A stretch of DNA of 63,689 nucleotides, counting the filler, from Chiloscyllium plagiosum (taxonomy: Eukaryota): the NCBI RefSeq assembly GCF_004010195.1. It is 5 parts of one record of this genome, joined end to end, with 100 filler letters (N's around TTAATTAATTAA, not from the genome) between each part and the next. Parts side by side here need not be neighbours in the genome. Positions count along the whole stretch, not along the records: positions 34,962 to 58,518 come from NC_057715.1; 4 more parts are not named here. The stretch is one strand, 5' to 3'. The translations under genes and the position numbers were made by a program. Every line of letters starts with the position of its first letter. The first letter of the stretch is position 1. Shown here one piece after another: positions 37,407 to 49,929 of the stretch. Under the pieces are notes generated by a model that did no database searches, had not been told where the DNA came from, and saw only the letters and a list, made by a program, of their open reading frames with translations.

Positions 37407-37784
37407 GTTGAATTCACATCTCCAGAAAGTGGGATGTGAATGATTCTCTGGGAGGGCCCAGGAGAAACTGGGCTTGTCCTCCATAGACCAGGGGAAGGTG
37501 AAGAGGAGATTCAAAAGGGACATTTGAAATGACTTGGGGTTTGGATCGGGGAAACAGGAGGGAGTATTCCCTGTGGGCAGAGGGTCAGCCACCAGTGGGG
37601 TTACAGATCACAGAGAATCAACGAAAGGGGATCCTGGGAGCTGGAACCCAGAGCTTTCAAAGGGGACATGGCTTGGTCCGATTGCAACTTTGACATGAGA
37701 ATCAGACAGATACTTGAGGGAGTGGGAAGGAGCAAGGGAGCACCAGTTACTGAAGAGCTCTTCCACAGAGCCAGAACACCGTGT

Positions 37785-38106
37785 GGGCGGCACGGTGGCA
37801 CAGTGGTTAGTACTGCTGCCTCACAGCGCCAGAGACCCGGGTTCAATTCCCACCTCAGGCGACTGACTGTGTGGAGTTTGCACGTTCTCCCTGTTTCTGC
37901 GTGGGTTTCCTCCGGGTGCTCCGGTTTCCTCCCACAGTCCAAAGATGTGCAGATCAGGTGAATTGGCCATGCTAAATTGCCCGTAGTGTTAGGTATGGAT
38001 GGGTTGCGCTTCGGCGGGGCAGTGTGGACTTGTTGGGCCGAAGGGCCTGTTTCCACACTGTAAGTAATCTAATCTAATCTAATCTAATGTAAGTAATCTA
38101 ATCTAA
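37785..38106 (+). mobile_element. HE1-type V-SINE, full length
   Basis: Near-identical to 18194-18518, with (TAATC)n tail. Confidence 0.9.
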
Positions 38107-38129
38107 ACAAAGATGACAGGCTGAATAAT

Positions 38130-38305
38130 CTCCTCATACCGAGAAAGACCATCTGGTTATTATCACATTGTCGGCTGTGTGCTGGGATCTTGCTGTGCAC
38201 AGCCTGACACTTTTCCTGCACTGAAGACAGGTCAAAAGGTGCTTCATTGCCAGTGCAGGGCGCTGGGATTGTGAAAGGTGCTACAGGAATGCAAGTCTGT
38301 CCTTT
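38130..38305 (+). mobile_element. DeuSINE (SacSINE1/AmnSINE-like) 3' remnant
   Basis: ATCTGGTTATTATCACATTG...GGGATCTTGCTGTGCAC...GTGAAAGGTGCTACAGGAATGCAAGTC resembles the recalled Deu-domain and tail. Confidence 0.55.
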
Positions 38306-39453
38306 TCCCTGTCTCCTAGATTTCCCCAATCAATACAATATCGGACAGACGGACAGACAGACAGAGAGTGCTGGCTTTCCCCACCAATAGCACGTCAGTC
38401 CAGGAGTGAAGATGCCTCGCTGCAGCTACAAAGAAACATCAAACATTGGGACAGCAGGAGAAGGCCACTCGGCCCTTCAAACCTGCTCTGCTATTCAATA
38501 TCATCATGGCTGACCGTCGAACTCAGTCCCCTAATCCCCCAAAGTATGTATTTAATTCATAGAATCCCGACAGTGTGGAAGCAGGCCGTTCGGCCCATAC
38601 TGACCCTCCGAATAGCATCCCAGCATTGCCCACGGCCAATCTACCTAACATAGAGAGAGCTCAACCTTGGGAGAAACCCACGCAGACACGGGGAGAATGT
38701 GCTAACTCCACACAGGCAGTCGCCCGAGGCTGGGATCGAACCTGGGACCCTGGCGCTGTGAGGCAGCAGTGCTAACCACTGCAGCCACTACCTTCTCCAG
38801 GTTCCCCCATTACAATTTCCCCATTCCTGACTGTTCCTACGCTGTTGTACCGTTCTTTGGTGAGACCGCACTGTGTGAAGATCTGCTCGTTCTCTCCAAG
38901 GATGGAGAGACTTGCCGCAGAGCGAGGTTCACCAGACGGGTTGTTGGGACGGTGGGTGTGGGACTGAGGAGCCTGGCACTCTCTGCTCTTGGGGTTTTGA
39001 AGAATGAGGAATGATCTCATTGAAAGCTACAAAACCCTGAAAGGGCCAGCCCGTGTGGGGTTAGCGAAGACATGGGGCGTCCACACCAGGGGACACACTC
39101 TCAAATGAAAAGTCAGCCAGTTAGGGCCGAGATGGGGAGAAACATTTTCACTCAGAATCTTAAGAATTCTCTCCACAGAATGAGCGCGAACTCAGTCAGT
39201 GAGTCTGTCCAAGGCAGAAACTGAGAGATTTCTCGATATTAAGGATGTCAAGAGGGGTGTGTGGATAGGACGGGGACATGAGGTTGAGGTAGATGAACAG
39301 CCATGAGCTAGGATGGCAGACGGTGATGGACTGAATGGCCTGCATCTGCTCAATGTTGACAATCTGTTTTGTTCTGATTTGAGGCTTCTCAGCCCCCCCC
39401 ACCCGCCTGGACACGACAGTCGTCTGCGAGAGAGCAACCACATTGTAACTCAC

Positions 39454-39628
39454 CCACCACCCAAACCATATGGAGGGAGTTAACGTAGATTGGCTGGTTC
39501 CTGGACGACGACACATCCCGGAATTGCTGAGCGATGATTGACTCCACCAGGAGCAGGACCAGGAACCAGATGTAGGACGATGAGTGAAGGAGGAACTTGA
39601 TAACAGGGGTACGCACAATCTGTCCGAG
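39454..39628 (-). CDS. TRPC2: TRPC2 exon (S1 and start of S2)
   Basis: Acceptor gtgttgcAG, donor G|gtgagt, 175 nt, phase 0-1. LGQIVRTPVIKFLLHSSSYIWFLVLLLVES...NSLHMVWVV(G). Confidence 0.93.
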
Positions 39629-39804
39629 CTGCAACACAAGCAGAGGAGGGAAAGGTCAATCGAAAGGCCGAGGGAGGAGGGCAGGAAAGGAGCAGTCGCA
39701 CAGGAAGCTTCATCAGTCTCTCAGCAATGACAAGCAAAGAGATCCAGACCTATTCCTAACTTCACATCATCAATCCATGTGCCTCTGTAAGGATGTAGAA
39801 GCAC

Positions 39805-40156
39805 CGCACTGTCAGAGGGTCAGTGCTGAGGGAGTGGGCACTGTCGGAGGGTCAGTGCTGAGGGAGTGCCACACTGTCGGCGGGTCAGTGCTGAGGGAGT
39901 GCTGCACTGTCGGCGGGTCAGTGATGAGGGAGTGCCGCACTGTCGGAGGGTCAGTGCTGAGGGAGTGTTGCGCTGTCGGAGGGTCAGTGCTGAGGGAGTG
40001 GGCACTGTCGGAGGGTCAGTGCTGAGGGAGTGCCGCACTGTCGGAGGGTCAGTGCTGAGGGAGTGGGCACTGTCGGAGGGTCAGTGCTGAGGGAGTGTCG
40101 CACTGTCAGAGGGTCAGTGCTGAGGGAGTGCCGCACTGTCGGAGGGTCAGTGCTGA
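39805..40156. repeat. 33-bp minisatellite, about 10-11 copies
   Basis: Unit CACTGTCGGAGGGTCAGTGCTGAGGGAGTGCCG. Confidence 0.95.
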
Positions 40157-40241
40157 TTGAGCAATACATTTCTCATTTCCCCACAATGTCTAACATTCCC
40201 TGGCCCCCAGTGTTGATCCCCGGGTGTCTGCGAACCGTTAC

Positions 40242-40406
40242 CTTAGATTTTGGGGCAATCCAGTAGAACATCGATAACAAGGGCATGGTGAGGAACATTC
40301 CAAATGAGACAAACACTAATGAGATGGTCTTGCTGCCTCTCCACCAGGTCAGCTTCCCACACCAGATCGAGGTGAGCACCTGCTGACAGATTGGGTGAGC
40401 CACAAA
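40242..40406 (-). CDS. TRPC2: TRPC2 exon (pre-S1 elbow)
   Basis: Acceptor cttctcttccAG, donor AAG|gtaacg, 165 nt. FVAHPICQQVLTSIWCGKLTWWRGSKTISLVFVSFGMFLTMPLLSMFYWIAPKSK. Confidence 0.95.
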
Positions 40407-42919
40407 CTGGAAGAGAAGCACAATACAGAGTGAGAGGGTGAGGAGCGGGCTGTCACAAAGACAGTGTTCAGGAGCAGCCAGCCATTGTCTGTCCTGGGAA
40501 ACTGTCCATCCCTTGTCCACCCAATAGGACCTTCTGGGAGGGGTCAATCCTGAAGCTGCAGGGGTGATGGTTTGGTTCAGTGATTGGGTCAGAGTAATCA
40601 GAATGGTCAGGGAAGGACAGCGAGTCTCAATGGGAACTAGATATTGGTGTCTCAGAGAAATGTTTTACAATGTCACAGTGAAATTGTGAAACTTCAGTAA
40701 CAGACATAATGCATTCTGAGTGACGGGGGAAATGGAATGATCTGATCTGTTACCATGGCACAACGTGATTACGATTGGGAAATAACGTTCCAGGTGGTTG
40801 GCTTTATAAAGAGGTAACCAAATCGGGAAATCTGGATGCTGGTAGGGAATGGTATATAGAGCATTGACAGAAAAAAACAGGTCGATGTTGGTGAGAATTA
40901 GGTTGTTTGGGGCTGAGAAAGAGCACGGGCTATCGGTGAGAGTTGGGTTTATAGATCCCAAACAGTGGTTGTATTGTTGGGGAACTTTAAGCAAATGAAA
41001 CATGGACAAAAGGGTTATTATTGGAGACTTTAATCTTCATAGGTTTAGGGTGAGAGGGGAAAGATTTCAAAAGGACCTGAGGGGTAACTTTTTCACACAG
41101 AGGCTGGTACGTGTATGGAATGAGCTGCCAGAGGATGTGGTGGAGGCTGGTACAATTGCAACATTTAAGAGGCATCTGGATGGGTATATGAATAGCAAGG
41201 GTTTGGAGGGACATGGGCCGGGTGCTGGCAAATGGGGATATCTGGTGGGTGTGGACAAGTTGGATTGAAGGGTTTGTTTCTGTGAAGTAAGGCTTCATGT
41301 CTCTATATATTATGGAGGAAATGTTCACAAACTTTAGACAACGTAGTTTTCTCAATTAAACTAGTAAACAAAACATTCTAGAATTTGACAGAACAAAATA
41401 GTGACCAGGTTATTTTGGATCTTGTATTTTGCAATGAAAAGGGTTGATTCACGTTATAATAAAGCAGTCACTAGGAAAGAGTTACCATAATATAATTGAA
41501 TTCTCTGTTGAGTTTGACAGTGATTCAATTCAGTCCAAAACAAGGGGTTGAATGTACACAAAGTTAGCTCTGTATACACATGGAAAGTGAGTTGCCAACA
41601 ATAAATTGAAAACCCATGAAAAAAGGCAGGATGATAGATCAGCAATCGCTCATTTAAAGAATTAATACATTAATTAATACATTAATACATTAATTGCAAC
41701 AAATACACATTCCTTTTCGGCAGTAAACTCCATCACGGTGACCCAGGGGTGGGTTTTAAAGTCAGTCTTTAATCGGAGGAAGAAGGTGTTAGTGTTATTA
41801 TAAGGTAAAAACAGGGTAAAAACAATGACTGCAGATGCTGGAAACCAGATTCTGGATTAGTGGTGCTGGAAGAGCACAGCAGTTCAGGCAGCATCCAAGG
41901 AGCAGCAAAATCGACGTTTTGGGCAAAAACCCTTCATCAGGAATCAGGAATAAAGTGTTACTATAAGGTATAATGGGAAGGAGGTGTGGGAAGATTATAG
42001 AATGCAGCAAACAAGGAAGAAGAAATGGATAAAAGAGAGAGAGTGAATACAAGAGAAGGTGATTGAGAGGCACAAGAACGGAACGTTTTATTTGCTTGTA
42101 AATAGGAAGCGATTAATGAGAGTAAATGTAAGCCTTTGAGGAGGCAGAGACAGGTGACATTTTACTAAGGAAGGAAATGGTGCACAACGATAATCATTCC
42201 TCACAGTTGACAGTGGGGAACTAAGGCTGGATGAATGTGCATGAAAAGAAAATGGTATAAATCAGAAACAAAAACAGAAATTACTGGAAAATCTCAGCAG
42301 GTCTGGCAGCATTTATGGAGAGAAATCAATGTCTGGTCGAGTGACCCTGCCTCAGAACTGGAGAATGGTCACTGGACTCGGAACGTTAACTCTGACTTCT
42401 CTCCACAGATACTCCCAGACCTGCTGAGCTTTTCCAACAACTTCTGTATTTGTTTCTGATTTCCAACATCTGCAGATCTTTTGCTATTTATTTGGTATAA
42501 ATGAGGAACTGGTGTTGGAGAAATTAATGGGATGAAGTAACAACATATCCCCTGGCCCTGACAATCTGCTGCCTTGGCTTTTAAAAGGGTTGGATACAGC
42601 GATAGAGAGAATGAGGGAGACCTGCCAGTAGTGACCAATCTGGTTTGGGTCCTAAAGGACATTGCTGCTAGACTGGGTCTGCGGCAGGTGGGGAGGGAAC
42701 CAACAAGAGGGAGAAAGATACCTGACCCCATCCTTACCAATCGTACTCCTGCACAGTCTGTGACCCCATGGCCTGGCATATCCCCCATTCAACCATTACC
42801 ATCAAGCCAGGGGATCAACCCGGGTTCAATGTTGGGAGAGCCCAACTCATCAGTGCATTTGATCAAACATTTACAATAATCTTCAGTCAGAAATGCCAAG
42901 TGGATGATCCATCTCAGCC

Positions 42920-43268
42920 TCCTCCAGTGGTCCCCAGCATCACAGACACCAGCATCCTCCAGTGGTCCCCAGCATCACAGACACCAGCCCCCTCCAGTGG
43001 TCCCCAGCATCACAGACACCAGCCCCCTCCAGTGGTCCCCAGCATCACAGACACCAGCCCCCTCCAGTGGTCCCCAGCATCACAGACACCAGCCCCCTCC
43101 AGTGGTCCCCAGCATCACAGACACCAGCCCCCTCCAGTGGTCCCCAGCATCACAGACACCAGCCCCCTCCAGTGGTCCCCAGCATCACAGACACCAGCCC
43201 CCTCCAGTGGTCCCCAGCATCACAGACACCAGCCCCCTCCAGTGGTCCCCAGCATCACAGACACCAGC
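42920..43268. repeat. 35-bp minisatellite derived from LINE ORF2, about 10 copies before an N gap
   Basis: Unit CCTCCAGTGGTCCCCAGCATCACAGACACCAGCCC, continuing directly from LINE-like SQKCQVDDPSQPPPVVPSITDTS. Confidence 0.9.
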
Positions 43269-44884
43269 NNNNNNNNNNNNNNNNNNNNNNNNNNNNNNNN
43301 NNNNNNNNNNNNNNNNNNNNNNNNNNNNNNNNNNNNNNNNNNNNNNNNNNNNNNNNNNNNNNNNNNNNNNNNNNNNNNNNNNNNNNNNNNNNNNNNNNNN
43401 NNNNNNNNNNNNNNNNNNNNNNNNNNNNNNNNNNNNNNNNNNNNNNNNNNNNNNNNNNNNNNNNNNNNNNNNNNNNNNNNNNNNNNNNNNNNNNNNNNNN
43501 NNNNNNNNNNNNNNNNNNNNNNNNNNNNNNNNNNNNNNNNNNNNNNNNNNNNNNNNNNNNNNNNNNNNNNNNNNNNNNNNNNNNNNNNNNNNNNNNNNNN
43601 NNNNNNNNNNNNNNNNNNNNNNNNNNNNNNNNNNNNNNNNNNNNNNNNNNNNNNNNNNNNNNNNNNNNNNNNNNNNNNNNNNNNNNNNNNNNNNNNNNNN
43701 NNNNNNNNNNNNNNNNNNNNNNNNNNNNNNNNNNNNNNNNNNNNNNNNNNNNNNNNNNNNNNNNNNNNNNNNNNNNNNNNNNNNNNNNNNNNNNNNNNNN
43801 NNNNNNNNNNNNNNNNNNNNNNNNNNNNNNNNNNNNNNNNNNNNNNNNNNNNNNNNNNNNNNNNNNNNNNNNNNNNTCCCAACCCAATCTAGTCCCACCT
43901 GCCAGCACCCGGCCCATATCCCTCCAAACCCTTCCTATTCATATACCCATCCAAATGCCTTTTAAATGTTGTAATTGTACCAGCCTCCACCACTTCCTCT
44001 GGCAGCTCATTCCCCACACGTACCACCCTCTGCGGGAAAACATTGCCCCTTAGGTCTCTTTTATATCTTTCCCCTCTCACCCTAAACCTATGCCCCTAGT
44101 TCTGGACTCCCCAACCCCAGGGAAAAGACTTTGTCAGAGGAAGTGGTGGAGGCTGGTACAATTGCAACAAGTTGCCCCTTAGGTCTCTTTTATATCTTTC
44201 CCCTCTCACCCTAAACCTATGCCCTCTAGTTCAGGACTCCCTGACCCCAGGGAAAAGACTTTGCCAGAGGAAGTGGTGGAGGCTGGTACAATTGCAACAT
44301 TTAAAAGGCATCCGGATGGGTTTATGAATAGGAAGGGTTTGGAGGGATATGGGCCGGGTGCTGGCAAATGGTTAGGGATATCTGGGTCAGCATGGACGGG
44401 TTGGGCCGAAGGGTCTGTTACTGTGCTGTGCTTCTCTGTGAATCTTTGATTCTATCAACTTACCCACCAACAAAGTGAGATTAATCAGCCTATAATTGGT
44501 TGGCATTCCCTTTGCACCCTTTTGAAACAACAGAACCACATTTACATTCCTCCCGTATTTTCCCTGTGTCTACCATCCTATCTCTGCTACATATAATCTT
44601 ATAGACCTCCATCAGGTCCCCCCTCAATCCTCTTTACTCCAGGAATAACAACTGCAGCTTATCCAATCCTTCCTAACAGCTCCGACCACATCTTCTGTAC
44701 CATCTCTCATCCAATCACATCCCTCCTATAATGTACTGACCAGAACTGACACAGTACTTGGGTTGTGGCCTGAGCAGTGTTTTAGACAGTTCCAGCATAA
44801 ACACCTTTCATCATGAGACAGCCCTTCTGAAATATTGCAGGTGTTAGGTCTAATAAACCTCAGAACTCAGCCAAGGCATTTATT

Positions 44885-45920
44885 CATGGAACTTTAGAAA
44901 CCCGACAGTGTGGAAACAGGCCATTCTGCCCATTGAGTCCACACCAAACCCTCTGAAGAGCATCCCACACCGACTCACCCCCTATCCCTGTAGCCCTGCA
45001 TTTCCCAAGGGTAGCCCACCTGGCCTGCACATCCCTGGACACTCTGGGCAATTTCCCACAGCCAGTCTGCCCTGACCTGCACAGGTTTGGACTGTGGGAG
45101 GAAACCCATGCAGACACGGGGAGAATGTGCACACTCCACGCAGACACGGGGAGTATGTGCACACTCCACGCAGACACGGGGAGAATGTGCACACTCCACG
45201 CAGACACGGGGAGAATGTGCACACTCCACGCAGACACGGGGAGTATGTGCACATTCCACGCAGACACGGGGAGTATGTGCACACTCCACGCAGACACGGG
45301 GAGAATGTGCACACTCCACACAGACATGGGGAGTATGTGCACACTCCACACAGACACGGGGAGTATGTGCACACTCCACACAGACACGGGGAGAATGTGC
45401 ACACTCCCACGCAGACACGGGGAGAATGTGCACACTCCACGCAGACACGGGGAGTATGTGCACACTCCACACAGACACGGGGAGAATGTGCATACTCCAA
45501 ACAGACACGGGGAGAATGTGCACACTCCCACGCAGACACGGGGAGTATGTGCACACTCCACACAGACACGGGGAGTATGTGCACACTCCACGCAGACACG
45601 GGGAGTATGTGCACACTCCCACGCAGACACGGGGAGAATGTGCACACTCCACGCAGACACGGGGAGTATGTGCACACTCCACGCAGACAAGGGGAGAATG
45701 TGCACACTCCACACAGACGCGGGGAGAATGTGCACACTCCACGCAGACACGGGGAGAATGTGCACACTCCACACAGACAAGGGGAGAATGTGCACACTCC
45801 ACGCAGACACGGGGAGTATGTGCACACTCCACGCAGACACGGGGAGAATGTGCACACTCCACGCAGACAGTCGCCCGATGGTGCCTAGCGCCGTGAGGTG
45901 ACCGTGCTGAGCACTGAGCT
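44885..45920 (-). mobile_element. HE1-type V-SINE with internal minisatellite expansion
   Basis: SINE tail at 44885-45105 and degenerate head at 45870-45920 flank the 30-bp array. Confidence 0.8.
45107..45870. repeat. 30/31-bp minisatellite, about 25 copies
   Basis: Unit CAGACACGGGGAG(A/T)ATGTGCACACTCCAC(G/A), direct tandem with no spacers. Confidence 0.95.
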
Positions 45921-46434
45921 GCCCCAATCCTTCCATCAGCCAAGTGACTGACTCTGTGCACAGTAGTCCAGGTGCAGGGACCTGGGCATCCGTATACATG
46001 AATTAAAGGACATTAAGCTGCAAGTACAGCACCTCCTCAGGAAGCTAGCGTGAGTTTGAAAGGATGTGGAGTGGGGTGGGTTTCTTTGTAATTGCACAGG
46101 GTATTGGTGGGACCATAACTGGGAACTTTGTGGGAGGATAGACTTGCTCGAGATGGGCTGAAATGAGGCTGGTTCCAAGGGATTATCTAATGACGAGAAA
46201 CTGAGATGAGGAAATGATCCCATGGTACAAATAAAATAGTGAAGGGGCTGGACAGGATGGATACTGAGAGGCTGTCCTTCCTGATGGGATATTTGGAACA
46301 TTGGGAATAGTTTCAGGATAAGGGGCTGAGCAGTTTGGTTTGGGAGGGGTGTGAAATGTTGTGAGTCTTTGGAAATCTCCACCAGAGGGCAGCAGAGGCT
46401 CAGCCGGCGAGCACTGTCAAAGCTGATGCTGAGA

Positions 46435-47250
46435 GGTGTACCCGGNNNNNNNNNNNNNNNNNNNNNNNNNNNNNNNNNNNNNNNNNNNNNNNNNNNNNNN
46501 NNNNNNNNNNNNNNNNNNNNNNNNNNNNNNNNNNNNNNNNNNNNNNNNNNNNNNNNNNNNNNNNNNNNNNNNNNNNNNNNNNGGGGGGGGGGGTTACCCA
46601 GGGGTTTACCCAGGGGGTGTACCTGGGGGGGGTTTACCCATGGGGTGTATCCAGGGGTATTCCCAGGGGGGTTTACCCAGGGGGTGTACCCGGTGGGTTT
46701 ACCCAGGGGGTGTACCCGGGAGGGGTTTACCCAGGGGATGTACCCAGAGGGGTTTACCCAGGTGGTGTACCCGGTGGGTTTACCCAAGGGGTGTACCCGG
46801 GGGTGGTTACCCAGGGGATGTACCCGGGGGTTTACCCAATGGGTGTACCCAGGGGTTTACCCGGGGGAGGGGTTACCCAAGGGGTGTACCCGGGGGTGTA
46901 CCTGGGGGGTGTACCTGGGGTGTACCCGGGGCGGTTTACCCAGTGGGTTTACCTGGGGGTGTACCCGGGGTTTACCCGGGGGGTTACCCAGGGGGTGTAC
47001 CCGGGGGGGTTTACCCAGGCGGTTACCCAGGGGGTGTACCCAGGTGTGTACCCAGTGGGGGTTACCCAGGGTGTGTACCCGGGGGTTTACCCAGGGGGTG
47101 TATCCAGGGGCGTACCCGGGGGTTTGCCCAGGGGGTGTATCTGGGGGGGGTGTACCCGGGGGGTTTAACCAAGGGGTGTACCCAGGGGGTGTACCCGGGG
47201 GGTGTACCCAGGGGTGTACCCAGGGGTTTACTCAGGGGGTTTACCCGGGG
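46435..47250. repeat. G-rich degenerate short tandem repeat (TACCC(A/G)GGGGGTG / TTTACCCAGGGG)
   Basis: Visible 11-14 nt units. Includes N gap 46446-46581. Confidence 0.9.
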
Positions 47251-47307
47251 AATTCATGGAGACGGGGAAAACAGGGAAGGGTGTATCTGAGCCACAGTAA
47301 CACTCAC

Positions 47308-47508
47308 TCTCTTCTGGTTATAGTTGACAGCAAGGCGCAGCCTGCCCAGGTTGGGAATCCCTTCTTCGAAGGCCTGGTTATCTGCATCTTCTGTCGTCTC
47401 CTCACCACAGTCATTGAGCACAGCGTTTACTTCACTCTGATTCCGGCACATTCCGAGCAATTCCACAGCCATGTCCTCACAGAGTTCCTCCAGGCTCAGG
47501 TATTCCGG
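47308..47508 (-). CDS. TRPC2: TRPC2 exon (pre-S1 linker)
   Basis: Acceptor ctcttttccAG, donor AGA|gtgagt, 201 nt. PEYLSLEELCEDMAVELLGMCRNQSEVNAVLND...QAFEEGIPNLGRLRLAVNYNQKR. Confidence 0.95.
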
Positions 47509-47639
47509 CTGGAAAAGAGGGAGATTATTTGAGATTGTTTGTTCATGAGAAGTGGCTGTCTCTTTGTAAGACCAGCAATTGTTCCTCCTCCTGATCTGTG
47601 TCTGGGGCTGAGGCCTGTCTATGTTCGAGAGTAATTAAT

Positions 47640-47860
47640 CACTCACCCACATTGCTGTGGGTCTGGAGTCACACGTAGGCCAGACCAGGTAAGGATGGCA
47701 GATTTCCTTCCCTAAAGGGAACCTGATAGGGATTTCCTGACAATCAGTAACAGCTTCATGGTCAGTGTTAAAATCATAATTCCAGATTTTCATTGAATTC
47801 AAATTCTCCCATTGACCATAAACATGACCTGGGTCTCTGGTCCAGGACTTTACCTCCACT
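47640..47860 (-). mobile_element. tRNA-head SINE remnant (family not named)
   Basis: Shares GTGGGTCTGGAGTCACA(C/T)GTAGGCCAGACCAGGTAAGGATGG with 61085-61310 (-). A related head lies at 17150-17340 (+). Confidence 0.55.
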
Positions 47861-48359
47861 GAGAGACACTGAAACACCAAGGATTCAATGATGAGGTGGA
47901 GATGACAACGGAATGATAATAATGAGGGGGACATTCAGAGATTTCAATGATTGAAAAATATTACGAGTTCCATCTCAACTGAGAGAATCTGTCACTCACT
48001 GCAGCCACATCTAAACTGGTGACAAATCCCCATTCCCTGTCCCGCTCCGTGATCCTGGGAAATAGTCTCCTCAAATGAGAATCTAACCTTGGTTTTTAAA
48101 CCCCGAGGTGGTCTCAGCCCATTCCTCTCCTGAATCACCCAAATTATAGGGCCCTCCCCGAATTTTGCTCCCATCACCGACCCTGCTTTGTATCAACCAC
48201 CATAAACCACCACCTTCCACAGTCCCACACTCAGATGTCTCATCATCTCTTCCTTTAAGATGTTCCTCAGACTGACTTCTTGATCCACACATTTGTTCAC
48301 CTGACCCAATATCTCAGGAAGTGAATTATGGTCGAATTATGGTTCATAATAAATTCCAG

Positions 48360-48512
48360 TGAGGGTACCGCACTGTTAAAGGGTCAGTGCTGACGGAGTG
48401 CCGCACTGTCGGAGGGTCAGTGCTGAGGGAGTGCCGCACTGTCGGAGGGTCAGTGCTGAGGGAGCACCGCACTGTGGGAGGGTCAGTGCTGAGGGAGCGC
48501 CGCACTGTCAGA
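48360..48512. repeat. 33-bp minisatellite, about 4-5 copies
   Basis: Same unit as 39805-40156. Confidence 0.9.
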
Positions 48513-48659
48513 GTTATAGTTGGTCCCCAAAGTCCTACAGTTGCTGAAGGCAGCAATACCGACCCACCCCTCCCCCACCTCAATTTGAGTCACCCAGAAA
48601 CATGTCACTGTCTGGTCCACCCTGTCAAGCTCAGTTGGATTGAACGTGGAGTCACCAAC

Positions 48660-49361
48660 CTTAAACTCAGGCTCCTTCTTAGACAGCTGCTTGAGTTCCC
48701 TGCTCAGCTTGAAGGCACTCAACATGGCGTCTTCGTTGGCAATGGACAGGTATGGCCGGCTGGCTAGCCCTTTGTAGGTGTTAATGCGAGACAACGAGAA
48801 CTTGAGCATATCATACTGCCGGGCGTTGAGACACTCTGGGCAGGAGCAGGAGATCTTGTGGGGGTTAGGAATGACATGGCCTTTCTTCATCAGCAGATCC
48901 ACAATCTCAAACAGGTTCTTCTGGCAAGCCAGGGTCAACGGTGTGACGCCTGGCGCAAATCGCGAGCTGTCAATGGAGTGGTCGAACAAGGCCAGGGAGA
49001 AGGACATGATGTCCACCTTGTTGTGACTGACTCCTTTCTGCTGGTCCAGCCGCTCCAGCAGGAGTTTGACCACGTTGATGAGGTTCATGTCCACAGCCAC
49101 TAGCAGGGCCTCATGGATTTGCCGGAAGTCGAACTTGACCAGTCGCAGGAGGTTGACGATAATTTCCTCGTTGCCCATGCGGATGGCCAGATTGAGAGCC
49201 TCTCTCCAGGATCGGTCTTCCGAGTCATCGAGCTGCCTCAGGAGCCCGTCGCTCGTCTGCAGCAACTTGTACAGTTTGGCCAAGTTCCCATCATAGATGG
49301 CTCCAATCAGACTGGATGGGAATTTCATCTTCTTCCCCGCAATCTCCTTCCAGTTGTCCTC
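48660..49361 (-). CDS. TRPC2: TRPC2 exon: ankyrin-repeat region and TRP_2 domain
   Basis: Acceptor tgttttcAG, donor AAG|gttggt, 702 nt open. Contains TRPC2-diagnostic EDRSWREALNLAIR, VKFDFRQIHEALLVAVD, SRFAPGVTPLTLACQK, KFSLSRINTY and SKKEPEFK. Confidence 0.95.
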
Positions 49362-49929
49362 CTGAAAACAGAGCATGGGGCAGGAGGGGGTCAGAGGACA
49401 CAACTTCAAGAGAGTCAAACACTACCCCACCCAACAACTTCCACCCCCACCCCTATCAGCTATCATCACCGAAGGGTCAAAGACTCTTTCCCTCTCTCAC
49501 TGGCTTGGATTTCCTCTGTGTTTGTGGGCAGTGTAGAGTGAATGGTTTCCTGGAGCAGGTTTAACTGTGATGGCTTAATCTCTGGGAGCTTAAGGAGGAG
49601 AAATTGGGATTTGACTGTTGTGTTGATGAACACAGAAGGACAGGATTAGGATCAGGAGCAGAACCTTTATCAACCCCCAGGGACAAAGGGGGGGTGGGGG
49701 GATGGGGTGCAGGGGAGAGCTCATAAATATAACTATTGAGTAAAATGAGCATCAGCAAATGTCAAGCTGTTCAGTTAGCAAGTGCAGAACCCCCATCATC
49801 CCCTTGTCAGGCACCTCCCAGTGTACTAACCCTGATCTACTACCTGTGTGCTAACACACAACAGTTCCCATTATACATCAAACTCATACTTATTATTTGT
49901 TCATTGACCGAGGACATCATGGACTGAAT

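Noticed and set aside
45107..45870. CRISPR-like appearance of 30-35 bp repeats (also 39805-40156 and 42920-43268)
   Set aside because: Units are directly adjacent with no unique spacers, there are no cas genes, and the context is a vertebrate intron. They derive from SINE or LINE sequence.
44884..45999. Long ORFs open in all six frames (258-371 aa)
   Set aside because: By-product of a stop-free tandem repeat, with no protein signature.
46351..47532. Elastin/silk-like GVYPG-repeat ORFs
   Set aside because: Translation of a low-complexity G-rich repeat spanning an N gap, antisense within a TRPC2 intron, with units that do not preserve frame.
48483..49418. 311-aa single-exon ankyrin protein as called by the ORF track
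   Set aside because: Only 48660-49361 is TRPC2-like and it is bounded by splice sites. The ends are intronic read-through.
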